Part shown: positions 20,859 to 29,744 of the stretch, one piece after another | Layout of the letters: each line of letters opens with the position of its first letter | Numbering within the stretch: the stretch's first letter is position 1 | DNA from: Alphaproteobacteria bacterium | GTDB taxonomy: Bacteria > Pseudomonadota > Alphaproteobacteria > HIMB59 > GCA-002718135 | Assembly (NCBI GenBank): GCA_045560945.1 | Contig: JBJKYR010000010.1 | Span: 1-53,695, forward strand | Length of the DNA: 53,695 bases | Reading direction: 5' to 3' | The notes under the pieces: generated by a model | What the model was told of the DNA's origin: nothing | Databases searched by the model: none | The model's input: the letters and a program-made list of their open reading frames with translations, nothing else | Program-made: the position numbers and the translations under genes

Positions 20859-22997
20859 ATGTTTAGTTTAACCAAAATATTAAATAGATTATATCTAACT
20901 AAATTTTCTTTTTATTTACTCTTAGCTTTAATACTAATTAGCTTTTCAATTACCTTTTATCTAATGTTGCCAAATAACAATTTAGTAAAAAACCCACTTC
21001 AATTACAATATTTTTTATTGGCAGATGTTTTTTTTGTTATTTTGCTTTTGGCTCTTATAATCAGGCAGTTGATTTTGATAGTTATATATAAAAAAAATCA
21101 AAAAGATGAATCTAAGTTATATATAAAATTTGTTAATTTATTTACAGCTATGGCTGTCGGACCTGCTATTGGTTTAGTAGTTATAACATCTCTCTTTTTT
21201 AATTTAGAATTTAGAACTTGGTATGGAGGTGCTGTTAGAGATGTAGTAGTGAACTCCAACATAGTTGCAAGGGATTATGAAAATGAGATACAAGCTGAAA
21301 TAATTTCTGACACTCAATTGATTATGAGAGAAATCGTAAAAGTTTCAAGAAATAATGAAGTAAATATAAATTCTATTAATCAGGGGTTAAGTGAATTTAT
21401 AAACTTAAGAACAATTTCAAATATTTATCTATTTAATAAATCAGGTGAAATTTATTTAAATTTTAAAGATCAAGAAAATAAGAATTTTTTATTACCGTCC
21501 GATGATATTTTTCAAATATTGGATCAAAATAGAGTGTATATTTTTCAATTAAATAAAAATTCTATTTCTGCATATAAAAAAATTAATTTCTTAGGAGATA
21601 TTTTTATGCAGGTTAATAGAGAGCTAAATACTAATATATGGGAACATGTATCAGCAACGAAAGATGCATACAAAATTTACACAACTAAAGAAAATGAAAG
21701 TGCCGGTATCCAAATAACTTACTCAATGATATTCGTATTATTTTCAATTGGTTTTATATTAATTGCAGTTTTAATTGGTTTTAATTTAGCAAGAAGACTC
21801 GCAAAACCAATATCTAATCTAATTGAATCAGCAAATCAAATTTCTAAAGGCAATTTTGATGCAAAAGTTTCTGAAATAGATCAGTTTGAAGAAATAAAAG
21901 TTTTAATTTCTTCATATAATAAAATGATTGTTGAAATTGAAAATAAACAAAATCAGCTCATCTCAAAAAGTAATGAGGATGAAGAAAAAAGGTTATTTAT
22001 TGAGGCTATTCTAAGTTTACTTACGATTGGAGTCGTATCATTAGATAGTAATTTTAATATTATATTTTTTAATCAAACTACCAATACTCTATTTAAAGAT
22101 ACTAAAAAACTTGAGAATAATAGTAATTTTTTGTTAATATTTCCAGACTGGGAAAAAATTTTTAATGACTTTAAAAAATCAAAAAAGATTCTAGAAAATT
22201 TTCAAAATGAAATACTTATCAAAGATGATCTTAGAAGCTTTAATATTCGAATTATTAAAGAATTTAAAGATGATATAATTAATGGTTACATTGTAGCAAT
22301 TGATGATACAACTTCATTTATTTTAGCTGAAAAACATGCTGCTTGGTCAGATATTGCTAGAAAAATAGCACACGAAGTAAAAAATCCATTAACACCTATA
22401 AAATTATCTGCTGAAAGAATAGAGAAAAAATATATTAATAAAGAATTTGAAAACGATGATATCAAAACACTCACAAATACCATCTCAAGACAAGTTGATG
22501 ATATTGGAAAACTAATTGATGAATTTTCATCATTTGCAAGAATGCCTGAACCAGAAATTAAACTTGATAATTTATCTAAATGTTTACATGATTCTTTCTT
22601 GTTGTTTTCTAATTCACATAAAAATATTAAATTTAATATTAGAAAAGATAAAAAAGATATTTATTATCAATTTGACAAATTTCAATTGTCTCAATGCTTT
22701 AATAATCTGATTAAAAATGCAGTCGAAGCAGTTGAAAAAATTCCTAATCCTTCAATTTCTATTAATTTATTATCTGATAAAAATAAAATTTTTATTGAAA
22801 TAATTGATAATGGAATAGGAATTTCTCAAGAAATGGTAAATAAAATATTTGAGCCATATTTTACTACAAAAAACAAAGGAACAGGTCTTGGTCTTTCAAT
22901 AGTAAAAAAAATTATTGAAGATCACAACGGAAAAATTAGAATAGAAAAAAATAAGCAGATGGCAGGCACAACAAGTTTAATTATTTTGAAAATATAA
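20859..22997 (+). CDS. ntrY: Sensor histidine kinase NtrY
   Basis: 712 aa with an N-terminal multi-TM region, a HAMP-like linker, a PAS-like region, an H-box (HEVKNPLTPI), an N-box (NLIKNAVEA) and a G-box (GTGLGLSIV). Followed directly by ntrX. Confidence 0.85.
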   Translation: MFSLTKILNRLYLTKFSFYLLLALILISFSITFYLMLPNNNLVKNPLQLQYFLLADVFFVILLLALIIRQLILIVIYKKNQKDESKLYIKFVNLFTAMAVGPAIGLVVITSLFFNLEFRTWYGGAVRDVVVNSNIVARDYENEIQAEIISDTQLIMREIVKVSRNNEVNINSINQGLSEFINLRTISNIYLFNKSGEIYLNFKDQENKNFLLPSDDIFQILDQNRVYIFQLNKNSISAYKKINFLGDIFMQVNRELNTNIWEHVSATKDAYKIYTTKENESAGIQITYSMIFVLFSIGFILIAVLIGFNLARRLAKPISNLIESANQISKGNFDAKVSEIDQFEEIKVLISSYNKMIVEIENKQNQLISKSNEDEEKRLFIEAILSLLTIGVVSLDSNFNIIFFNQTTNTLFKDTKKLENNSNFLLIFPDWEKIFNDFKKSKKILENFQNEILIKDDLRSFNIRIIKEFKDDIINGYIVAIDDTTSFILAEKHAAWSDIARKIAHEVKNPLTPIKLSAERIEKKYINKEFENDDIKTLTNTISRQVDDIGKLIDEFSSFARMPEPEIKLDNLSKCLHDSFLLFSNSHKNIKFNIRKDKKDIYYQFDKFQLSQCFNNLIKNAVEAVEKIPNPSISINLLSDKNKIFIEIIDNGIGISQEMVNKIFEPYFTTKNKGTGLGLSIVKKIIEDHNGKIRIEKNKQMAGTTSLIILKI

Positions 22998-24332
22998 ATG
23001 CATAAAGTTCTAATAATTGATGATGAAAAGGATATTTGTTATTTAATATCTGAAATTTTAAAAGATGAAAAATACCTTACCTATTCTGCAGTTAATTCTA
23101 GTGAAGCTATTGCGCACTTTAATAAATATAATCCTGATTTAGTCATTCTTGATGTTTGGCTATCTAATAGCCAACTAGACGGGATTGAAATTTTAAAAGA
23201 ATTTAAAAAAATTAATAATAATATTCCTGTAATTATTATTAGTGGACATGGTACAGTGGATCTGGCAGTGAGCTCTATTAAAAACGGGGCCTATGACTTT
23301 TTAGAAAAACCATTCAATAGCGATAAATTATTAATTTTATCAAAAAGAGCTATAGAAAGCTCTAGACTTTTAGATGAAAATAAAAATTTAAAAGAAATAG
23401 TATCACCAGATATCAATTTAGTTGGTGAATCAAATTTTGTTAATCAAGCTAGAAAAAAAATAATTACTTTTTCAAATTCAAACTCCCGTCTTTTAATTGA
23501 AGGAAATTTTGGTGTTGGAAAAACATTAATTGCTAATCAAATTCATCAAAAATCTAAATATAAAGATAAAATTCCTATTAGTATTGATTTTTCAACTCTG
23601 AATGAGAGCAATCTAGAAATTCTTTTCTCTGAAGATATCAAAAATTTAAACGACAATCTATTTGTTAGATCAAATATGAATACTTTAATCCTATCAAATA
23701 TTGATCAAATTCCTATTAAATTTCAAAAACAATTTTTATTTTTTATAGAAAATTCAGAATTTTTTAAATCTTCAAATATTTTATTAGATCATAAAATTAT
23801 AACAATTTCTGAAAAAAATTTAAAAGAAGAAATAAATAATGGTAATTTTCTATCTAGATTATACGAACGTCTGAAAGTTGATCATCTAATTTGCCCAAGT
23901 TTGTCTGAGCGCGTTCCTGATATTTTACCGATTATGAATTATTATATTGCAAAATTTAATTCCTCAAAAATTAATATTACTTTTTCAAAATCAGCAATTT
24001 CTAAACTAGAAACTTTTGATTGGCCTGGTAATGTTGCGCAACTTGTAAATTATGTTGAAAAAACTCTCATTCTGAATCAAACAGCTACTAATGACCTAGT
24101 TCTTGATGTAGATAATTTAGCTTTAGAAATGGGAGAATATAATAAAGAGCAGATCAGCTCAAATAATTATGATCTATCATTGAAAGAAGCGAGAATGGAG
24201 TTTGAAAAAGAATATTTAGTATCGCAAATAAAGCGGTTTAGTGGTAATATGACAAAATTATCAGAATTTACTGGTATGGAAAGAACAGCTCTATACAGAA
24301 AACTTAAATCATTAAATATTTCAGTTAAATAA
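22998..24332 (+). CDS. ntrX: Response regulator NtrX (receiver + degenerate AAA+ + Fis-type HTH)
   Basis: 444 aa with a receiver domain (LIIDDE, LVILDVWL, KP), a central domain with P-loop-like GNFGVGKT, and a C-terminal HTH (KLSEFTGMERTALYRKLKSLNI). Confidence 0.85.
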   Translation: MHKVLIIDDEKDICYLISEILKDEKYLTYSAVNSSEAIAHFNKYNPDLVILDVWLSNSQLDGIEILKEFKKINNNIPVIIISGHGTVDLAVSSIKNGAYDFLEKPFNSDKLLILSKRAIESSRLLDENKNLKEIVSPDINLVGESNFVNQARKKIITFSNSNSRLLIEGNFGVGKTLIANQIHQKSKYKDKIPISIDFSTLNESNLEILFSEDIKNLNDNLFVRSNMNTLILSNIDQIPIKFQKQFLFFIENSEFFKSSNILLDHKIITISEKNLKEEINNGNFLSRLYERLKVDHLICPSLSERVPDILPIMNYYIAKFNSSKINITFSKSAISKLETFDWPGNVAQLVNYVEKTLILNQTATNDLVLDVDNLALEMGEYNKEQISSNNYDLSLKEARMEFEKEYLVSQIKRFSGNMTKLSEFTGMERTALYRKLKSLNISVK

Positions 24333-24338
24333 AAAAAA

Positions 24339-25705
24339 ATGAAGACAATAATTTGTGGTTCCGGTGATGTTGGATACAGCATAGCAGACAAGTTATCAAA
24401 AGAAAATTTTGAAGTAACTGTTGTGGATGAGCCTTCATTAAAACTTAACAAAATATCTGAAAACTTAGATGTAAAAGTCGTTACTGGTATACCTAGTTTA
24501 CCTTCTGTTTTATTTGACGCAGGAGCAAAAGATTGTGAAATTTTGATAGCAGTAACAAAAAGTGATGAAACAAATATGATTGCGTGTCAAATTGGTCATT
24601 CTTTATTTAAAATACCAAAAAAAAATAGCAAGAATTAGACAACAAGATTACTTAAAAGGTGAGTGGCAAAATTTGTACACTAAAAATGACCTGCCCATTG
24701 ATGCTATAATTTCCCCCTGAACAGGAAGTTGCAAGTGCATTTCATAGAAGAATTATTTCGCCAGGCACTATTGATATGGTAGAGTTATCAGAAAAGCAGT
24801 TAAAATTAATTGGATTTAAATGTAATAATAATTGTAGTCACATAGGATTAACTGTTAGAGAATTATCTGCTAAATTTCCAAATTACCTAGCTAATATTCT
24901 ATTTATTTTTAGAGGAGATAAAAAATTTATAGTTAATTCCTCAACTAAAATTGAAAATAATGACTTAATTTATATGGTTGTAGAAACTCAAAATTTAAAA
25001 GACGTTTTAAAGGAGTTTGGTCATAAAGAATTACAAGCTCAAAAAATTGTTATAATTGGAGGGGGTAATATAGGTTTTTCTTTAGCAGAATTAATTGAAA
25101 AAAATGATGATGGCATTTCTACTGAGTTGATAGAATTAGATAAAGAAAGATCACAATTTTTAGCTTCTAATCTAAATAAAGTCACTGTTACTAATGGTGA
25201 TGGATTGGATAATCAAATTTTAGATGAAGTTAATATTTCTGAAGCTGGCTATTGTCTTGCTGTGACAGAAGATGACGAGGTCAATGTACTTGCTTCATTA
25301 TTAGCCAAAAGAGCAGGTACTGATCAATGCATGGCTCTAATTAATAATAGTTCTTACACCTCATTATTATCAAATATTGGTATAGATATTACAATTGACC
25401 CAAAGTTGATTACTATTTCTAAAATATTAGAAAAAGTAAGAGGTGGTGGAATTATGAATGATTACTCAATAGGTGATGGATTTGGTGAAGTAATTGAAGC
25501 TATGATAAAAAAACAATCACCACTATGTAATAAAAATTTAAAAGAATTAAATTTACCTAAAAGTATTAGAATTGCCTCTATTCTTAGAGATAAAAAAATA
25601 ATTATTCCTAATAGTACTACTAATTTTAAAGAAAATGATGATGTTGTGTTCTTTGCAGAAACTCAGGACATAAATAAATTAGAAAAACTTCTTTCTACTC
25701 ATTAG
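24339..25705 (+). CDS. trkA: Trk potassium uptake protein TrkA, two frameshifts in this assembly
   Basis: ORF 24339..24638 (MKTIICGSGDVGYSIA, Rossmann) and ORF 24776..25705 (second RCK/NAD domain IIGGGNIGFSLA). The middle part (IARIRQQDYLKGEWQNLYTKNDLPIDAIISPEQEVASAFHRRI) is read after removing one A from the A9 run at 24617-24625 and one C from the C5 run at 24713-24717. Restored length is 454 aa. Confidence 0.9.
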
Positions 25706-25708
25706 TTT

Positions 25709-26548
25709 ATGCCAAATTCAGTATATTTAAATAATAAATATGTAAATTTTAAAGATGCTAAAATACATATTGAAGATAGAGGTTTTCAATTTTCTGACAG
25801 TGTTTATGAAGTGATTAAGGTTTTAAATCATAAATTACTAGACATTGATTTTCATATTAGGAGATTAAAATATTCTACTAAAGAACTTAATTTTAATATT
25901 AAAATAAATAAGAATTTTTTAACTAAAATTTTTATTACTATAGTTAAAATGAATAAGTTATCAAATGGAATAATATATTTACAAATAACAAGAGGATTAC
26001 AACATCGTGAACACGCATATAAAAAAAATCTGAAACCAAATATCATTATATACACTGCTAAGAAAAAATTTAATTTACCTAATAAAAATTATAAAGGATA
26101 TAAAGCAATAACATATCCAGATATAAGATGGGGCAGACCAGATATCAAAACAACTTCATTGCTAGCAAATATTCTAGCGGCTACAGAAGCTAGTAAAAAA
26201 GGAGCATATGAAACAATTTTTTTTAAGGGTAAAAAAATTACAGAAGCAGCTCATTCAAATGTATGGATTATAAAAAATAATAAAATAATAACCCATCCTG
26301 CAAATAGAGAAATTCTTAGAGGTGTGACTAGAACTGTTCTAATAAATTTAATCAAAAATCAAGGTTTCAAATTAATTGAAAAAGAATTCTCATTAAATGA
26401 ATTATTTAAAGCTGATGAAGTTTTTATAACAAGCTCTGGCAGTCTAGTAACTCCCATTATTCAAGTTGATCAAACTAAAATAAATAATGGCAAAATTGGA
26501 CCAATGACAAAGGCCCTTGCTTTAAATTTCTATAAGTCTATTAATTAG
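25709..26548 (+). CDS. Class IV (fold type IV) aminotransferase, D-amino-acid / branched-chain aminotransferase-like
   Basis: 279 aa with EDRGFQFSDSVYEVIKV, a 'tslLanilA' stretch (KTTSLLANILAATEA), GVTR and DEVFITSS, all typical of Dat/IlvE-type enzymes. Substrate cannot be assigned from sequence. Confidence 0.75.
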   Translation: MPNSVYLNNKYVNFKDAKIHIEDRGFQFSDSVYEVIKVLNHKLLDIDFHIRRLKYSTKELNFNIKINKNFLTKIFITIVKMNKLSNGIIYLQITRGLQHREHAYKKNLKPNIIIYTAKKKFNLPNKNYKGYKAITYPDIRWGRPDIKTTSLLANILAATEASKKGAYETIFFKGKKITEAAHSNVWIIKNNKIITHPANREILRGVTRTVLINLIKNQGFKLIEKEFSLNELFKADEVFITSSGSLVTPIIQVDQTKINNGKIGPMTKALALNFYKSIN

Positions 26549-26552
26549 ACTT

Positions 26553-27344
26553 GTGGTAGACCCTAATGATTTAAAAGAAATTTTATATAATATTAGTAAA
26601 AAAATTATAGTTCCTAGCTTTGGAAATTTAAAAAGTAATCAAATTTCATATAAAAATGAAAAAGATATTGTTACGGAAATTGATTTAGCAGTTGAGCAAG
26701 AGTTAAGCCTCTCTTTACCTAAACTACTAAAAAATTCGAATTTTATTGGAGAAGAGATATATGCAAAAAATCATTCAATTTTAAAATATTATTTATTAGA
26801 TAATTATTGTTGGACTGTAGATCCTATTGACGGGACTAGTAATTTTGCCAAATCAAAAGATAGATTTGCAGTCATGGTAGCACTAACAAAAAATAAAAAA
26901 ATTCTTCAATCATTTATTTATAAACCTATAACTGAAGAATTTATGTATGCAGATAGTACAGCTACTTATTTGGATAATAAAAATATAAAATTAAATAAAT
27001 ACACAGAAATTGAAAACTCTATTGGATCAATAAGTACAAAATATTGGGATGAAGCTAAAAAAACAAAATTACTAGCAATTAAAGACAGTTTTAGGAATAT
27101 TAATTCATATGGATCAATTGGATGTGAATATTTTGATATTGCTTTAGGAAAAAGAGATTTTGCGTTATTATCAAGACTACATCCTTGGGATCATATTCCG
27201 GGAGTCTTTATTGTTAGACAAGCAGGAGGCCATGATTGCCATTTTAATAAAAAAGAATATAAATTTTATGAGGATTCAAAAAACCTTGTAGTTAGTAATT
27301 CGCAGAAATTAAGTAATGAAATATTAAATTTAATTGGAGAATAA
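26553..27344 (+). CDS. Inositol monophosphatase family protein (IMPase / HisN / CysQ-like)
   Basis: 263 aa (GTG start) with metal-binding motifs EEI...WTVDPIDGTSNF and HPWDHIPG. Confidence 0.75.
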   Translation: MVDPNDLKEILYNISKKIIVPSFGNLKSNQISYKNEKDIVTEIDLAVEQELSLSLPKLLKNSNFIGEEIYAKNHSILKYYLLDNYCWTVDPIDGTSNFAKSKDRFAVMVALTKNKKILQSFIYKPITEEFMYADSTATYLDNKNIKLNKYTEIENSIGSISTKYWDEAKKTKLLAIKDSFRNINSYGSIGCEYFDIALGKRDFALLSRLHPWDHIPGVFIVRQAGGHDCHFNKKEYKFYEDSKNLVVSNSQKLSNEILNLIGE

Positions 27345-27348
27345 TAAT

Positions 27349-28221
27349 ATGAAAACAAAAAATGTTGCTTTTATAGGTCTCGGTGTAATGGGCTATAATA
27401 TGGCAGGGCATCTCAAGAAAAATAATTTTAATACAACTGTATATAATCGAACTACTGCAGTAGCTGATAAATGGGTGAAAGAATTTTCAGGTATTTCAAA
27501 AACAACTCCCGGAAAAGCTGCTTCTAATGCTGATATAGTTTTTATTTGCGTTGGAAGAGATGAAGACTTAATTTCTGTAATGGAAGGTCCTGATGGGATT
27601 ATTAATAATATAAAAGATAACACTATTATTGTTGATCACACAACAGCTTCTGCAGATATTGCTAGAAAATATTATAAGAAAGCAACAGAAGGTAACTTTT
27701 CTTTTCTTGATGCTCCTGTATCAGGTGGTCAGGCTGGTGCAGAAAATGGCATTTTATCTGTAATGGTTGGTGGTGATGAAAATCAATTTAATATAGCAAA
27801 GCCAGTCATGAGTGCATACGGAAAGACAATCGAATTAATTGGTCCTGCTGGCGCTGGTCAATTGGCAAAAATGATTAATCAAATCTGCATTGCTGGTCTT
27901 GTGCAAGGTTTATCAGAAGCAATGGCCTTTGGAAAAAAAGCTAAACTTGATATGGAGAAAGTTTTACAAGTTATATCAAAAGGTGCCGCTCAATCATGGC
28001 AAATGGAAAATCGTTATAAAACAATGCTAAAAGGTGAATATGAATTTGGTTTTGCAGTTGATTGGATGCGCAAAGATTTATCTATTTGTTTTAATGAAGC
28101 TGAAAAAAATGGCGCATCACTTCCTATAACTAAGATAATTGATAAATATTACAAAGAAATTCAAAAAAATGGAGGATCAAGATACGATACTTCATCTCTT
28201 ATGACTTTAGTTGATGATTAA
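27349..28221 (+). CDS. NAD(P)-dependent beta-hydroxyacid dehydrogenase (3-hydroxyisobutyrate dehydrogenase / GarR family)
   Basis: VAFIGLGVMGYNMAGHL Rossmann motif, DAPVSGG and a catalytic-Lys region (GAGQLAKMINQ). The track ORF starts at the TTG at 27334. The ATG at 27349 is the more likely start. Confidence 0.8.
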   Translation: MKTKNVAFIGLGVMGYNMAGHLKKNNFNTTVYNRTTAVADKWVKEFSGISKTTPGKAASNADIVFICVGRDEDLISVMEGPDGIINNIKDNTIIVDHTTASADIARKYYKKATEGNFSFLDAPVSGGQAGAENGILSVMVGGDENQFNIAKPVMSAYGKTIELIGPAGAGQLAKMINQICIAGLVQGLSEAMAFGKKAKLDMEKVLQVISKGAAQSWQMENRYKTMLKGEYEFGFAVDWMRKDLSICFNEAEKNGASLPITKIIDKYYKEIQKNGGSRYDTSSLMTLVDD

Positions 28222-29119
28222 TACAAAAAGTATTTATTTTGCTTTTCTGTTATTAATAGCATCTTCTTTATTTTGGTCGGGTAATTTTTTTACTGGTAAA
28301 ATTGCTTCCCTGTATGATTTGACTCCTTTTAAATTAAGTTTTCTAAGATGGTCATTAGCTTTTTTATTATTGCTGCCATTTACTTATAGAAAAATAGTTC
28401 AGGATTTTGATAAATATAAAAACAATCTTCCATATATTTTAATTACCTCTATTCTTGGTGTAACTATCTTTAATTCATTTACTTACTTATCACTTCAAAC
28501 TTCAATGGTTATTAACTCTTCGATTATGGCATCTATTACTCCATTATTAATCATTTTTTTTTCATGGCTAATATTCAAAACTCAAACATATTTTATGCAG
28601 TTTTTTGGAATAATATTATCAATTATTGGAGTAATATTGATTATTACAAAAGCAAAACTCACTAACCTAATTGATTTAAATTTTACAACTGGTGATTTGT
28701 GGATGTTAGCAGCAGTTTTTTCATGGGGACTTTATTCTGTTTTATTAAAAAAAATTGATAGTTCTTTATCGCAGCTCGCAACCTTAGAAGTAATGATATT
28801 TTTTGGTTTGATTTTTATATTTCCTTTCTATGTATTCGAATCTTTAAATAATTCTTTTTTACCTAAAGATACAAACGAAATATTAATGATTAGTTATGTA
28901 GCAATATTTGCAAGTATTACATCTTTTTTTGCCTGGAATAAAGGGGTGTCCATTTTGGGTGCTAATAAAGCAAGTCTCTTTTTACACCTAATACCAGTTT
29001 TTAGCTCAATGTGGGCTATACTTTTTTTAGGTGAAAATTTTTCTTTCTTTCATCTTTTGGGAACAATATTTATTGTTTTAGGAATTGTACTATCTAATAT
29101 AAATAGAAAAGCATTATGA
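28214..29119 (+). CDS. EamA/DMT superfamily transporter
   Basis: About 300 aa and about 10 TM helices in two repeats, with typical DMT organisation. ATG at 28214 (the track uses the TTG at 28211). Confidence 0.75.
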   Translation: MINTKSIYFAFLLLIASSLFWSGNFFTGKIASLYDLTPFKLSFLRWSLAFLLLLPFTYRKIVQDFDKYKNNLPYILITSILGVTIFNSFTYLSLQTSMVINSSIMASITPLLIIFFSWLIFKTQTYFMQFFGIILSIIGVILIITKAKLTNLIDLNFTTGDLWMLAAVFSWGLYSVLLKKIDSSLSQLATLEVMIFFGLIFIFPFYVFESLNNSFLPKDTNEILMISYVAIFASITSFFAWNKGVSILGANKASLFLHLIPVFSSMWAILFLGENFSFFHLLGTIFIVLGIVLSNINRKAL

Positions 29120-29511
29120 ATAAAATTATTAAATCTGATCTAGAATGGAAAGAAATACTTTCTGAAGAAGAATATTATGTCACAAGACAGAAGGGTACAG
29201 AACCTGCTTTTTCTGGAAAGGCTTTTGATATTTCTAAAGATGGAGTGTTTAAATGCAAGTGTTGTGGAGCGAAATTATTTGAGAGAACATCTAAGTATGA
29301 ATCTGGTTGTGGCTGGCCTAGTTTTTTTAAAGGAATTTCTAATGAGGCGATTAAAACTGAACAAGATACTTCTCATGGGATGGTCAGAACTGAAATAATG
29401 TGCGCTACTTGCGATGCACATTTAGGTCATGTATTCGATGATGGTCCAGAACCAACTGGTCTACGTTATTGCGTAAACTCACTATCTATTCAATATAAAG
29501 AATTTGAATAA
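29116..29511 (+). CDS. msrB: Peptide-methionine (R)-S-oxide reductase
   Basis: 131 aa with the zinc pairs CKCCGAKLF and CATCDAHLGHVF, GCGWPSF and the catalytic RYCVNS. Confidence 0.93.
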   Translation: MNKIIKSDLEWKEILSEEEYYVTRQKGTEPAFSGKAFDISKDGVFKCKCCGAKLFERTSKYESGCGWPSFFKGISNEAIKTEQDTSHGMVRTEIMCATCDAHLGHVFDDGPEPTGLRYCVNSLSIQYKEFE

Positions 29512-29514
29512 AAA

Positions 29515-29742
29515 CTAATTTGGGTTTTGTTTTAAAAATTCCAAATATCTAACAACCTCATCAAAATTTTCGTCTGGAATGTCTTTATATGTCATTTTAA
29601 AATGTGTTTTAACCTCCAGTGCTACATGAGCATAAGGATTACGCCCTTTAGGGTGATTGGGATGATTAGGAAGTTTTCCTAATAACTCATCACCGGTTGC
29701 TTGTATTAGTTTCCAGAGTTTACTTGCGTTTTCTTTGTTCAA
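29515..29742 (-). CDS. Small hypothetical protein (75 aa, TTG start) with an ORF6C-like C-terminal motif
   Basis: Open frame 2 nt after the pepC stop. It has a His/Pro-rich centre (KLPNHPNHPKGRNPYAH). The C-terminus VKTHFKMTYKDIPDENFDEVVRYLEFL resembles the '...F.v.sYkdIp...fdea..fl' pattern of the phage-associated ORF6C domain. There is no ATG start, so coding status is uncertain. Confidence 0.45.
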   Translation of the reverse strand: MNKENASKLWKLIQATGDELLGKLPNHPNHPKGRNPYAHVALEVKTHFKMTYKDIPDENFDEVVRYLEFLKQNPN

Positions 29743-29744
29743 AT

